Assembly: GCA_002811645.1 (NCBI GenBank)
Contig: PDIP01000002.1
Span: forward strand, 184,062-248,061
Source: Corallochytrium limacisporum Hawaii
Taxonomy: Eukaryota; Protista; Pluriformea
Direction of reading: 5' to 3'
DNA: 64,000 nucleotides
Of the stretch, positions 47,298 to 57,461 are shown one piece after another. Made by a program: the position numbers and the translations under genes. Within the stretch, counting starts at the first letter, position 1, and each line of letters begins with the position of its first letter. The notes beneath the pieces are model-generated. The model was not told the origin of the DNA. It saw nothing but the letters and a program-made list of their open reading frames with translations, and did not search any database.

Positions 47298-48380
47298 ATG
47301 GCACTGGCCCGCGGTGAAGCAGCCCTTAGGGCCATGGCCCCTCGTACTCGCTCTCTGCTCGACGGCCTCATGGACGGCAAGCGTGCAGCCCTGGCCCAAG
47401 CGATCACCCTGGTGGAATCCAAACTGCCAACCCACCAGCGTGAGGCGCAGCTCCTGCTCGCGGGCATCCTTGCGCGCAGTGATGCTGGAACAGTGAGCTC
47501 TCCATCCTTTCGGATCGGTCTCTCTGGGCCCCCAGGTGCGGGTAAGTCGACTTTCATTGAAACTTTCGGAATGCACCTCACCGAGCAAGGGCACAAGGTC
47601 GCCGTGCTGGCCGTTGATCCAAGCTCTAGCCGGACAGGCGGGTCTATCTTGGGCGACAAGACGCGTATGCCGGAACTTACACGCCAGCTGTCTGCATACA
47701 TTCGACCCAGTCCTAGCGGTGGGACCCTCGGTGGTGTGGCACGCAACACGCAGGAAGCTGCAGTGTTGTGCGAAGCAGCCGGGTATGACACGATCCTGAT
47801 AGAGACTGTGGGAGTGGGCCAGAGTGAGATTGCAGTCGCAGGTATGGTGGACATGATGAACTTGTTGGTTCCACCAGGCGGTGGGGACGAGCTGCAGGGC
47901 ATCAAGAAGGGCATTATGGAGATTGCGGATATGATCATTGTAAACAAGGCGGACGGAGACTTGACCACAGCCGCGAATCGGGCTGCGGCAGACTGCTTGA
48001 GTGCCATCAAGTTTATGCAACCACAATACGAAGGATGGCGTACGACTGTGGTGAAGGTAAGCAGTCGTGAATCCATAAACATAGACCGTGCCTGGGCTAA
48101 AATGCAACGATTCCGAAGCACCCTGAACGAATCCGGAGCATTGGAAAAGAAGCGGAAGGACCAGGGCAAACAGTGGATGTGGTCCCACATCGGGGATCGA
48201 CTACAAACCACATTCCAGCGGTCGGACTACGTCAAGGGAAGGAGCCACGAACTGGAGCGAGCCATCATGAACGGCGAGATCACGCCGTTCATGGCAGCAG
48301 ACGAGTTACTCAGGCACTTCTTTAGCAACCCACTTCCTGATGATGGGTTGGGGGCCATGTTACCGGGATCTTCGCGATAA
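47298..48380 (+). CDS. MMAA: Methylmalonyl-CoA mutase-associated GTPase (MMAA/MeaB)
   Basis: 360 aa; RAALAQAITLVES, RIGLSGPPGAGKST, AVDPSSSRTGGSILGDKTRM, ETVGVGQSE, GDELQGIKKGIMEIAD. Confidence 0.96.
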   Translation: MALARGEAALRAMAPRTRSLLDGLMDGKRAALAQAITLVESKLPTHQREAQLLLAGILARSDAGTVSSPSFRIGLSGPPGAGKSTFIETFGMHLTEQGHKVAVLAVDPSSSRTGGSILGDKTRMPELTRQLSAYIRPSPSGGTLGGVARNTQEAAVLCEAAGYDTILIETVGVGQSEIAVAGMVDMMNLLVPPGGGDELQGIKKGIMEIADMIIVNKADGDLTTAANRAAADCLSAIKFMQPQYEGWRTTVVKVSSRESINIDRAWAKMQRFRSTLNESGALEKKRKDQGKQWMWSHIGDRLQTTFQRSDYVKGRSHELERAIMNGEITPFMAADELLRHFFSNPLPDDGLGAMLPGSSR

Positions 48381-48748
48381 GAAAGGCATCGTGCGCGACG
48401 GAAATCCTAGTTGACCGGTATCATACTCACAACAACAGAAATATGTACATTGATATAGTTAATAGTTCCACATAGAAATCGGCTCACACGCTGGTATTGA
48501 ACTGAGAGGCCACCAAGGTAATCAACAGATACTATACACCGCGGGTTGATTTACTTTTAAATGTTTGGAGATTTGTGTATTTGTCAAGTTAGACGGTGTG
48601 ATAATGTGACAAAATGTGTGAGTGTTTGTGGTGCGTTAGATGTGATAATTCACATTAAACATCACTACTGATCAAAAAGACAAATATAAAGTTTTCAAAG
48701 AGATCTTTGAATTGCAAAACCAAGGTAGAAGAAAGGACAAGAGATTCT

Positions 48749-50893
48749 TTAAGCTCCCTCAGCAGTCTCACCGCTGGCACTAGCATCGGCCTCCGGGGAG
48801 TGCTCCTTCAGGACGGTTACGGCCTCATCTACGCGGGTCTTGAGCATATCAGAGTCCTCCAGCAAGTGAATCAAGTCGGCATTCTCGAGTTCGAGCAACA
48901 TACCAGTGATCTTTCCGGCCAGCTTAGGTTGAGCCTTCTCAATCAGAGGATACAGGCGCTCGCCGAGGGCACGCTTAGCCTCAGCCTCGGGCATAGAAGC
49001 GAGTTGCTGAGTATCAAGCTCACCGTCCTTCTTGGGTGCGGCAGCCTTGCCAGCGGCAGCGGCCGCGTTGGCAGCGTTCTTGGGCTCCTGGGCAGCAGGC
49101 TTGGGCGCCTGCTTCGTGTGCTGCTGCGGTTTACCCACAGCCTGTGCCGCGACCTGAGCAGCGGTCATGCCACCCCGCTTCTGACCCCACTGGCCAGCTG
49201 CGACGGGAGCACCGCGGGCAGGGGGCATGCCACCGGTGCGGGGCATCTGTGCGCCACCTCGAGGCATCTGGGCACCACCACGCCCGGCCTGGGGACCACC
49301 GCGGTTGCCACCACGTCCGCCACGCATGGGAGGCATGTTTTGGCCCTGTTGCTGACCCTCGGGCATCTGCATGTTGAAAGGCTGGTATCCGTATGCACCT
49401 TCAACCGGGTTACCGTCCTCGTCCGTCTTGGGACCACCAGCTGGGAACTGTCCCCGACCGCCGGCAGCGGCAGCGAAGGGAGCACCCTGCGGGGGCATGC
49501 CGGGAACGAAGCCCATGTGCGGGGGACGACCGTAGCCACCGGGACCAGCACCCATGTATGCACCAGGGAAGCCAGCGCCGCCAGGAGCGCCACCATCGCG
49601 ACCCTGGCCGGCTCCGGGTATACCGGGCATGCCAGGCATACCAGGCATACCAGGCATGGGACCGCCCATGCCCATAGGGCCACCCTGTCCAGGCATACCA
49701 GGCATGCGCATGTTCATAGGCATGTTCATGTGGCGGGCGTTGAGGCCGGCCTGCAGCTGGGCGTTGCGCTCTTCCTTCCGCATGGCCAAGGCGACGTACA
49801 GCGGCTTGCCGTTGAGGACCTTCTTGTTCATTTCGGTCACGGCCTGAGTGGCCTCCTCGGGTGAAGAGAAGCAGACGAAACCGAATCCCTTAGACTGGCC
49901 GTCCTCGGTCATCACCTTGCAGGAGGTGATGGTACCAAACTTCGAGAACTCTTCGCGCAACTTGGCGTCGTCAATGTCATCGGCCAGGTTCTTGACGTAC
50001 AGGTTCACGCCCTGGTACTTATCGGCGCGCTCCTGGCGGAGGCGCTCAAACTTCTCTCGGAGTTCGTTTTCACGCTCGCTCTTCTTTTGGGCCCGTCCGA
50101 CGTAGAGTTCTTGGCCCTCGTACTGAGTTGCGTTCTTCTCCTCCACAAACTTCTCGGCATCCTCGTGCCTTTCGAAACAGACGAAACCGAAACCGCGTGA
50201 GTTGCCCTCCTTATCCTTCATGACCACAGCAGAAGTCGTGGGACCATATTCCTCCGCGTACGCCCTCAAACCGTCGTCGTCCAGAGTCTCACCAAAGTTC
50301 TTGATGAAGACATTGGTGAACTTGTTCTGAGTCTGGCCCATCTGCTCGTTGCGTTCCTTACGGCTCAGGAAAGGACCTACGTACACAGGCTTACCAGAGT
50401 CACCGAGGATGTTACCGTTGACGGTCTCGATAGCAGCATCGGCAGCCTCCTGGGTCTCAAAGTGCACGAAACCGTAGCCCTTGGACTCTTGGTTCTCGTC
50501 CAGAGCAACCTTGCAGGACAGGATGTTACCAAACTGGCTGAAAGTGTCGTAGAGCTGCTTGTGGTCGATGCTCTTGTCCAAGTCCTTGATGAAGATGTTA
50601 CCGACGCCGGACTTGCGGACAGAGGGGTCGCGCTGGCACCACATAATGCGCATTGGCTTCTCCTTAATCGCAGTGTAGTTCATGGTGTCGATGGCACGCT
50701 CTGCATCGGCAGAGTTGGCAAAGTTCACGTAGGCATAGCCCAAAGAGCGACGGGTAGTGTTATCACGGCACACACGGATGCTGACGACCTGACCCACGCT
50801 GGCGAAAACTTCGTAGAGCATGGCTTCAGTAACATCGGGTTCGAGGTCGCCGACGTACAGAGAGGCACTGGTGTAGTTGGGGTTTCCGGCCAT
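48749..50893 (-). CDS. PABPC1: Cytoplasmic poly(A)-binding protein
   Basis: 714 aa from the ATG at 50893; four RRMs (SLYVGDL, SLGYAYVNF, SKGYGFVHF, SRGFGFVCF, SKGFGFVCF), Pro/Gly/Met linker, MLLE domain KITGMLLELEN. Confidence 0.98.
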   Translation of the reverse strand: MAGNPNYTSASLYVGDLEPDVTEAMLYEVFASVGQVVSIRVCRDNTTRRSLGYAYVNFANSADAERAIDTMNYTAIKEKPMRIMWCQRDPSVRKSGVGNIFIKDLDKSIDHKQLYDTFSQFGNILSCKVALDENQESKGYGFVHFETQEAADAAIETVNGNILGDSGKPVYVGPFLSRKERNEQMGQTQNKFTNVFIKNFGETLDDDGLRAYAEEYGPTTSAVVMKDKEGNSRGFGFVCFERHEDAEKFVEEKNATQYEGQELYVGRAQKKSERENELREKFERLRQERADKYQGVNLYVKNLADDIDDAKLREEFSKFGTITSCKVMTEDGQSKGFGFVCFSSPEEATQAVTEMNKKVLNGKPLYVALAMRKEERNAQLQAGLNARHMNMPMNMRMPGMPGQGGPMGMGGPMPGMPGMPGMPGIPGAGQGRDGGAPGGAGFPGAYMGAGPGGYGRPPHMGFVPGMPPQGAPFAAAAGGRGQFPAGGPKTDEDGNPVEGAYGYQPFNMQMPEGQQQGQNMPPMRGGRGGNRGGPQAGRGGAQMPRGGAQMPRTGGMPPARGAPVAAGQWGQKRGGMTAAQVAAQAVGKPQQHTKQAPKPAAQEPKNAANAAAAAGKAAAPKKDGELDTQQLASMPEAEAKRALGERLYPLIEKAQPKLAGKITGMLLELENADLIHLLEDSDMLKTRVDEAVTVLKEHSPEADASASGETAEGA

Positions 50894-51403
50894 GTTGAAT
50901 GATTTCAATGCTATTGCACGTGATTTACAAGAATTTCCCGAACCTTTTGTGTGTTACTTTTTTCCTTACTGATTGCACAGTAAACCCTTTTTTGCTTTTG
51001 TTTGAAATATCAAAACCCGAACAAAAAAGAATGATCCCTTGAGAGAAATTGAATTCTACCAATGGTCTGGCTTTTTTTGGTTTTTTTCTTTTTTTGATTA
51101 TAGTAGTGGTGGACTCTATGATCAAAGAACCAAGGAAACCAGCTGTCCTTTGCCTATGTACTGTCCCACGATTTCTTACATACCTCACGATCCACGCGGT
51201 GCCCAGTCAATAATTGTTGCGCAAAACAAAATAGAAACTGTTTTACATAATTTGTCTTCGCTACAAAAAATAAAATGGTAACTTTTTGCAAATTTTCCTT
51301 GTCACTGAATCTCTTAACACGCTTCATGTTCAACGTGACGTTAAGCTCGTCCCTGCCGCACAGTTTCAGTTCCGCCCCCAATGGAAGGCCCAGGACTCGC
51401 CAT

Positions 51404-52723
51404 CAGGAAAAGTCGCGTGGAACCCAACTCTCTCCCTGCCGCTTCGCGGCCCCCCTCACCTCCCGGGGCCGCCCCTGGCTCCGCCGCCCTTCCTTGCTCC
51501 GGTGTTGAAACCACCGCCACCACACGCACTACCGACCACCAGCACACACTCCCTCCCCCGTCCCCCCCCCACANNNNNNNNNNNNNNNNNNNNNNNNNNN
51601 NNNNNNNNNNNNNNNNNNNNNNNNNNNNNNNNNNNNNNNNNNNNNNNNNNNNNNNNNNNNNNNNNNNNNNNNNNNNNNNNNNNNNNNNNNNNNNNNNNNN
51701 NNNNNNNNNNNNNNNNNNNNNNNNNNNNNNNNNNNNNNNNNNNNNNNNNNNNNNNNNNNNNNNNNNNNNNNNNNNNNNNNNNNNNNNNNNNNNNNNNNCG
51801 GCACACCCCGCCGCCGCCGCCTCACCTTTGGCTGCCAGCTGCACGACCACCCCTCACACACACACACACACACACCCCGACGCGACAAGAAAATAGAAAA
51901 CGGACGGCCATGCAGCACCAGGTCCCCCGGTCTTTCATTCCGCCTAAATTCACATGGCCTGGGCCAGAAGCATAGTCAGCCCGTCCGCCCGGTGGTGCGT
52001 GTGTGCGTGCGTGCGTGTGGTTGCCGTCAAACCGTCCGCGGTGCCCCCCTCTCCCACTCTTCCCTCACACGCACACACACACACACACGCGAGGGAGAGA
52101 GTGAGAGACAGAGAGACCGAGACCCAAAGCAAAGCTCCGGGCAGCATGAGAAAAACTTAGAGAGCGCAGCACACGCGTTCGGGGCACCGCTGTTCTAAAC
52201 GGGGGAAAATTTCCAAGGCCAAGAAGGCCGTAAAGATTCACAGAAAAAAGCTAAGAAGAAACCACTAGCCAACGCCCTGTTCGTGAAGTTTCGCGCCATC
52301 CGTAGATTTTGTATAGATCATTGGAGTGGCTTTTTTTCGCCTCCTTTGCTGCCCGAGGACTCCCTGAGAGCAAGCGTAAGGGGTTCTCGGGGTCCTTTGA
52401 TTTTCTTCTCGTTTTCGCCCCCCCCCTCCACTTTCTTTCCACACACACACACACACTTCCCTTGCCTCGCTGCTGCACTTCTTTGCCCCTGTTTTTCTGC
52501 CTGTGGCCTCGAACGAAAAGAGAAGAAAAGAAAAACTGAAGCCCGCAAGTCCCTCTCTCTCGCTCTCTCTTTGCGGAGAAAAAACGGCCCCCACTCACGC
52601 GGTTCAAAGAGAGAGAGAGTGTGTGTGTGTTTTGGGGGGGGAAGGGGGAGGAGTTACACTCACCACTCGGGAAGCCCCCGGGGGCCTTGGTGTGTGTGTG
52701 TGTGTGGTTCTGTGTTGCTTTGC
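51404..52723. promoter_or_regulatory. PABP upstream region: ApT-free blocks separated by ApT clusters (includes N-gap 51574-51798)
   Basis: No ApT in the sequenced bases of 51404-51892, 51974-52145 and 52402-52723; (CA)n, (GA)n, (GT)n repeats. Confidence 0.55.
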
Positions 52724-53458
52724 ATTGCGGAAAAGGTTGGGGGGGAGGGGGAACTGGGGCGCTGCGCGGTGGGGGGGGGCCTGTATGGGGCGATGGGGCG
52801 AAAGACGCGGGGAGGAGGAGAGGAGGTAACGCACACGCGGTGCTTGGGGGCCCCTGTGCGGTGGTGGATTTCAGTTCTTAAAGTACTGCTTGGGTGGCAC
52901 TGTAGGGAATGGAGGGACGGAACGGGCCCCACTTGGAAGGAAAAGCGGGAGGTTCTAAGCTGCTTCTGGCAACTGGGCAGCATGTACCGGGCAGTTGGCC
53001 GCTTGCCTTCCGGTTTTCGGGATAATTTGGCTATTTTGTTTGGAGCATGCTCGCCTCTGGATTGGTGGAGGCGCGCTCCCATGTGTGTGGTTTGTGTGTG
53101 CTTCTAGAAAGTGTGTGTGCCTGTGTGTGGGCATGTGAGTCTGGGGGAGTATATGCCCTTACGCATAAGCTGTTTCCTTGTGGACAACCAGTGCCACAAT
53201 TCATGGTGGCGGTGTGACTGGCTCAATTCGAAACATTGGGGTTGGTTGTCTGCCTTTGAAAACAATAGAAAAGTCAGAGGAAATATATTGGAACTGTAGG
53301 TGTGTGGACGTCAGGTTTGTGCTTAATAGATACGACTGTGATGATGGTGATGCAGTGATTGAGCAAGGGCCGGGGTAGCCCACGTGCTTTCTCTCAGGGC
53401 AAAAACAATTGGACGCAGTGGCGATGAAGAGGGAGAGTTGACCGAGGGGAAGGGGGAT

Positions 53459-53740
53459 TCCAGCTCCACTGGCTTCCTGACTTTTGTCCCTCGTTTCGCT
53501 TTTCTTTTTGCCCGGTCGTTCAGTACTGCGCTCTCAAGTGTTCCCTTGTTGTGTACTCAACCCCGGGGTTCACTCCCCTCCCCCCCTCCCTTACCCCCTG
53601 GGTTTGGTTCTCCTCGGCACTGGTACTGAAAGTACCCGAAACTCGGCCACCTCATTTTCCCGCCCAGTTCTTGGTTTACCGCCTGTCTTGCCAAGGGCAA
53701 GAAAGTGACAGTTCCACCGGTACTGAGAGTACCGCTGAAA
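53459..53740. promoter_or_regulatory. ApT-free island with two GGTACT-N3-AGTACC dyads
   Basis: 195 bp without ApT (53459-53653); dyads at 53622-53636 and 53719-53733. Confidence 0.5.
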
Positions 53741-54522
53741 ATTTTGATGAACACACTCAGAGCCAGAGAAGGTTCCCGAGCGTTTACCGCGGTGGCCTGG
53801 GCTCGGTGCGACGTTGCAGGGAGGGGATTCCATATGTACACATCAAGGGCAATGTTGCTGCGTCTGTTGCTGACCCAGCGCCGTCACAGTTTGAGCAGTA
53901 GAGGACTAAGGCTGTGCTGTTTCCGAAATGGCTTTGGCATGGTGAGAGGGCATGGTAAGCGCTCCTTCGATGTTTTCTCTGGTGCGATCTTGGCGGAATG
54001 ATAATCAGTTGCGGAACGATTGGAATGACTTGGCTGTGATGTGTAACGCATTGCGGTGCGTCATCTCGTGTAGTGCATGGTTAATTGCCGTTGGGTTGTA
54101 GATGAAGCGCCTAATGAATATGTTCAAGTCGGGCAACCGGGAGTGAGTGATGAAAGAGAGAAGCATTGCTGTGTTGTATGGATCTGTTTGTTGTAGAGAC
54201 CAAATCCCCTCCACTGGGCACAGTAACATCATCTGAACTTTGTCCAGTGTTTGTTGATGGAAGATACCCAAGCGCGGACATATGAAAGCTTAACCTGGTA
54301 TGGAGAACCCTTTCGGTCCGACTGTGAGGCAAGAGTCTTCGATGTGGGTGCCTCGATGAAGTCCCATTGACATGCGTGGTAATGACTGAAGACCTCATTG
54401 TATATAGTCCCTTGCCTGTGGCCTATAGTGAATCTAGGGTAGAGACCTCCGATGATCCTACCCTGGTACACTCACTATGGTGAAGAGACTTCGCTGCGCC
54501 CAATGCCAGTGGGCACAGCGAC

Positions 54523-54750
54523 AGAAAGGCGAGCCGGTTGCTGGCGAAACCGAGGGACCCGCTTGCCGGCAATGAGATCGGCGGGACAGTCAAGTACTCC
54601 AGCACCTTCATAGGGATCCTCAACAATTTGAAGGGTATTTTGTGGATGATCACGAGATGTTCGCACACGTTCCATGACGACAGACCCTTGTGGGGCGAAT
54701 CCGATTTCGCACACTAGTAAGCTTTCCTATCGGTACCGTGTCCAGCGGGG
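54523..54750 (+). pseudogene. Possible decayed OTU-family deubiquitinase fragment
   Basis: Across frameshifts: RKASRLLAKPRDPLAGNEIGG/SQVLQHLHRDPQQFEGYFVDDHEMFA/RSMTTD/WG..TLV/SYRYRV; order resembles the OTU consensus minus the catalytic GNC segment. Confidence 0.3.
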
Positions 54751-54813
54751 AATATGTGAGCAGGAACCGTGAATACTCTACCAGACACAAAGCATTGGCT
54801 AATCCGAGCCATC

Positions 54814-55149
54814 ATGACAGAACTCGGTGGGTTATCAGCGGCAGTGCTGGTAATCATCGTTATTTGGCTCGTGGTAGGCCTCTACACACTTTTCCGATCT
54901 GCCGGCCCACGTATATTAGTCATACCAATGGTTGCTTCAGGTGCTATTCTAACCGCTATCTTTGCCACTGTACCGTTAGGAACCGTCGGCGTCGGCGATG
55001 AGGATGACAGCATTCGGATCAGACGAATCAGGGTCGTAATTTTGGAGGGCATCTTCTTTGCCGTGGCCGGCATCGCTGTCCTTCTTACCGAAGGCCTGCT
55101 GCCAGTCCGTGCAATGTCCCGGGCAAAGGTAGATCGGCTACGGCGTTGA
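54814..55149 (+). CDS. TMEM218: TMEM218-like ciliary transition-zone membrane protein
   Basis: 111 aa with three hydrophobic segments; GGLSAAVLVIIVIWLVVGLYTLFRSAGP..GAILTAIFATVP..DD..RVVILEGIFF..LLPVRA parallels recalled human TMEM218 (GVGAGVFILALLWV..SRASG..AVIITSVLLLFP..DDFFIGRYVLL..LEPIYA). Confidence 0.65.
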   Translation: MTELGGLSAAVLVIIVIWLVVGLYTLFRSAGPRILVIPMVASGAILTAIFATVPLGTVGVGDEDDSIRIRRIRVVILEGIFFAVAGIAVLLTEGLLPVRAMSRAKVDRLRR

Positions 55150-55382
55150 GTCAGTGCATGACAGTTCTCAAAAGATAGAAATCACTAAAGAAAGTAGATG
55201 ATAGTAAGAATGTTAGGATGTCAATTTATCTCAAAATTGAATGAAGGGGGAATGTAGTTATTCCATTGTTAACATGAAAATAGTACAATTGGGGGCCATC
55301 GCCTGGACCTCAACAGACCTCTCTAAACGCGTAATGATGCAGTCTTCCGTCTTTGTCTCTTGTCGATCCCGCAATTAAATTT

Positions 55383-56354
55383 CTATTGACCCAGAGTTAG
55401 ACCGAAGCCGAAACGGTTCTGGCCACGGTTGTGGTCCATGGCACCAGTGATGGCAAAAGTGATGCCAGGCATCAGATGCTGCTCCAGCACGGCGCTCACC
55501 ACGCCGGTGGTATCCACCGATCCGCGGAACGTCGACTGACGGAAGTTGAACTGCGCTCCAACGGTGGCAATGGAGTCCTTAGCACGAACGTTGGCCTCGA
55601 TCTCACTGCCCAAGGCAACCTTCTCGTTGATTTGGTGCACGTAGGTGGCAACAAACATTCCCTGGGGACTCGCATTGACGGTGGCAATATAATCCTTGGT
55701 CTTGTACCGAGCGGCAAAGGTCAAGCCCGAGTCCTCCATAGAACTACCGTACTGGTAAAGCATTTCGGCGCCGAGAGCGAGGTTCGGGGTCACCGACTGG
55801 AGATAGTTAGCCAGCAAGATTCCAGATTCGTCCAGGGGGTTGGCATTGATGGCCTTGACGTTGAAGTGGGCATCGGAAAACTTGTAGTCACCCTCAAGCT
55901 GGTAGCCCCACTGGGAACCCTGGTTCTGTGTCTGTGCCTTGACGCGGATCTGCGAGTTAAACTGGTGGATAACTTGGGCGATTAGGTTGCCCTGGTGGTT
56001 CAGGTCACCTAGGACCACTGGGAATTGTTCGGTGGGGGAGATCTTGTGTGTTCCAACGTAGGTGGCTCCGAAGTGGTAGCTGGAGCTCTTGTCAGTCGGT
56101 CCGAGGTTGATAGTGTGGCTCACCTGAAGGTTGCTGCCGACAGGCTTATTGATTGCAAACTTGCAGCCGTCAATAAGGTATGCAGTGGTGAAGATCTGTT
56201 TGCACTCCTGGTGCAGACCCTCCATGGGACCCGGGTATGGCAGAGGGGTGCGCTTGGGGGCAGCCCGTCCAGCAGTGATGCCACGGGGCGTGACCGGTAC
56301 CTTGGCAGGGTCGACCTGAGGAGGATTAGCGGGAGCTGCTGCCTTGGCTGCCAT
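55383..56354 (-). CDS. TOM40: Mitochondrial import channel Tom40
   Basis: 323 aa; PGPMEGLHQECK, YHFGATYVG, YLQSVTPNLALGAE, C-terminal beta-signal RFGFGLTLG. Confidence 0.96.
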   Translation of the reverse strand: MAAKAAAPANPPQVDPAKVPVTPRGITAGRAAPKRTPLPYPGPMEGLHQECKQIFTTAYLIDGCKFAINKPVGSNLQVSHTINLGPTDKSSSYHFGATYVGTHKISPTEQFPVVLGDLNHQGNLIAQVIHQFNSQIRVKAQTQNQGSQWGYQLEGDYKFSDAHFNVKAINANPLDESGILLANYLQSVTPNLALGAEMLYQYGSSMEDSGLTFAARYKTKDYIATVNASPQGMFVATYVHQINEKVALGSEIEANVRAKDSIATVGAQFNFRQSTFRGSVDTTGVVSAVLEQHLMPGITFAITGAMDHNRGQNRFGFGLTLGQ

Positions 56355-56744
56355 TTTGAGTTGATTGAAGTTCTAAAGAATCAAAAGTTGTATGAGCCCT
56401 GATATGCTGAAGTGAAGACTTTGTGCCCTTAAACCCGAAGTTTGAAAGTGAAACCCGAGTTGTTGTGCAAAATTGAGTTTGAGTAATTCTTTAAACCAAT
56501 TCAAAAACCCGTGGGATTATTCAAACAGAAATGTTTTAAACCCGAACGATTGGCTCTTGGCGGTCCAGCAATTGGGGCTAGGCTATATACACGTACGGAT
56601 TGAAATAGCCGACGGTTTACCAACAATACAATTTGAAAATTAAAACCGGTCCATTATCGAACACATCACCATACGTCATTTTCTTCAATCAGTGGCTTAT
56701 TAACAACGACTAATATCCCAAGACCCCGCTACAACTTCCAGTAT

Positions 56745-57260
56745 CCCTTGTTGTTTTTGTCAAGAACAGCGGCCCAGAGACACCCCTTCCTGCCCCACGC
56801 TACGTAACACGGACCCCTCAGCCACAAGAAGTGGGGAGAGGGGTGGGGGTGGGCCACGCAGCCAGGCCGCGGGACCCTCCGTGAGGTTCACTCTCCCACT
56901 GCTGTGTTCTGACCCGTGTTTTAAAAGTTTTCTTTTTCCGGGAAGTCGTGCAAAGGGGTGTGGTGTTTGAGTACGGAGAAGGAGAACCCCACCCGAGGGT
57001 AGGGGGGGGGGAGGGAAGGGGGTACTCAAGCCCTTCGGGAAACAGAAGAGGGGTTGCTGGTACTTCCAGGCCCAGTCCCTTGGGGCTGGGAACCGACCCC
57101 TCGGGGTCGACCGGTGGTTGACACGTGGGGAAGGGGGCTCATCGGAAGGCCCAAAGGACGGCGGAAGCGAGGCCCCCCCTTCCCGGGGAGGGGGGGGGAG
57201 AGACACCCGGCACCCTCTCTCTTGGCAGGGCGGAGCGCAGCGCCGAGGCGTCTGTCAGAC
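56745..57260. promoter_or_regulatory. Largest ApT-void island, upstream of TOM40
   Basis: No ApT in 56745-57140 (396 bp); a single ApT in 516 bp. Confidence 0.65.
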
Positions 57261-57461
57261 ATGGCGGTCCTCTAAGGTCATCCCGAATAGTATGCGAAGG
57301 ATTTCCTTCACATATGCGAGAGGAATAGGAGCGTACCTGCTCGGTTAACGTGAAGTATATTGAGCCTCTGAGATAGAGAGAGCGCTGCAAAACGTGTGCG
57401 TTGTATTAATTCTCGAGAGCAAAGGGGGGAGACGGGCCAAACGGATGCCCAGGCACTGTCC

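Noticed and set aside
47286-48211. Two ~300-aa minus-strand ORFs
   Set aside because: Antisense shadows of MMAA
48707-49864. 385-aa plus-strand ORF
   Set aside because: Antisense shadow of codon-biased PABP; no recognisable motifs
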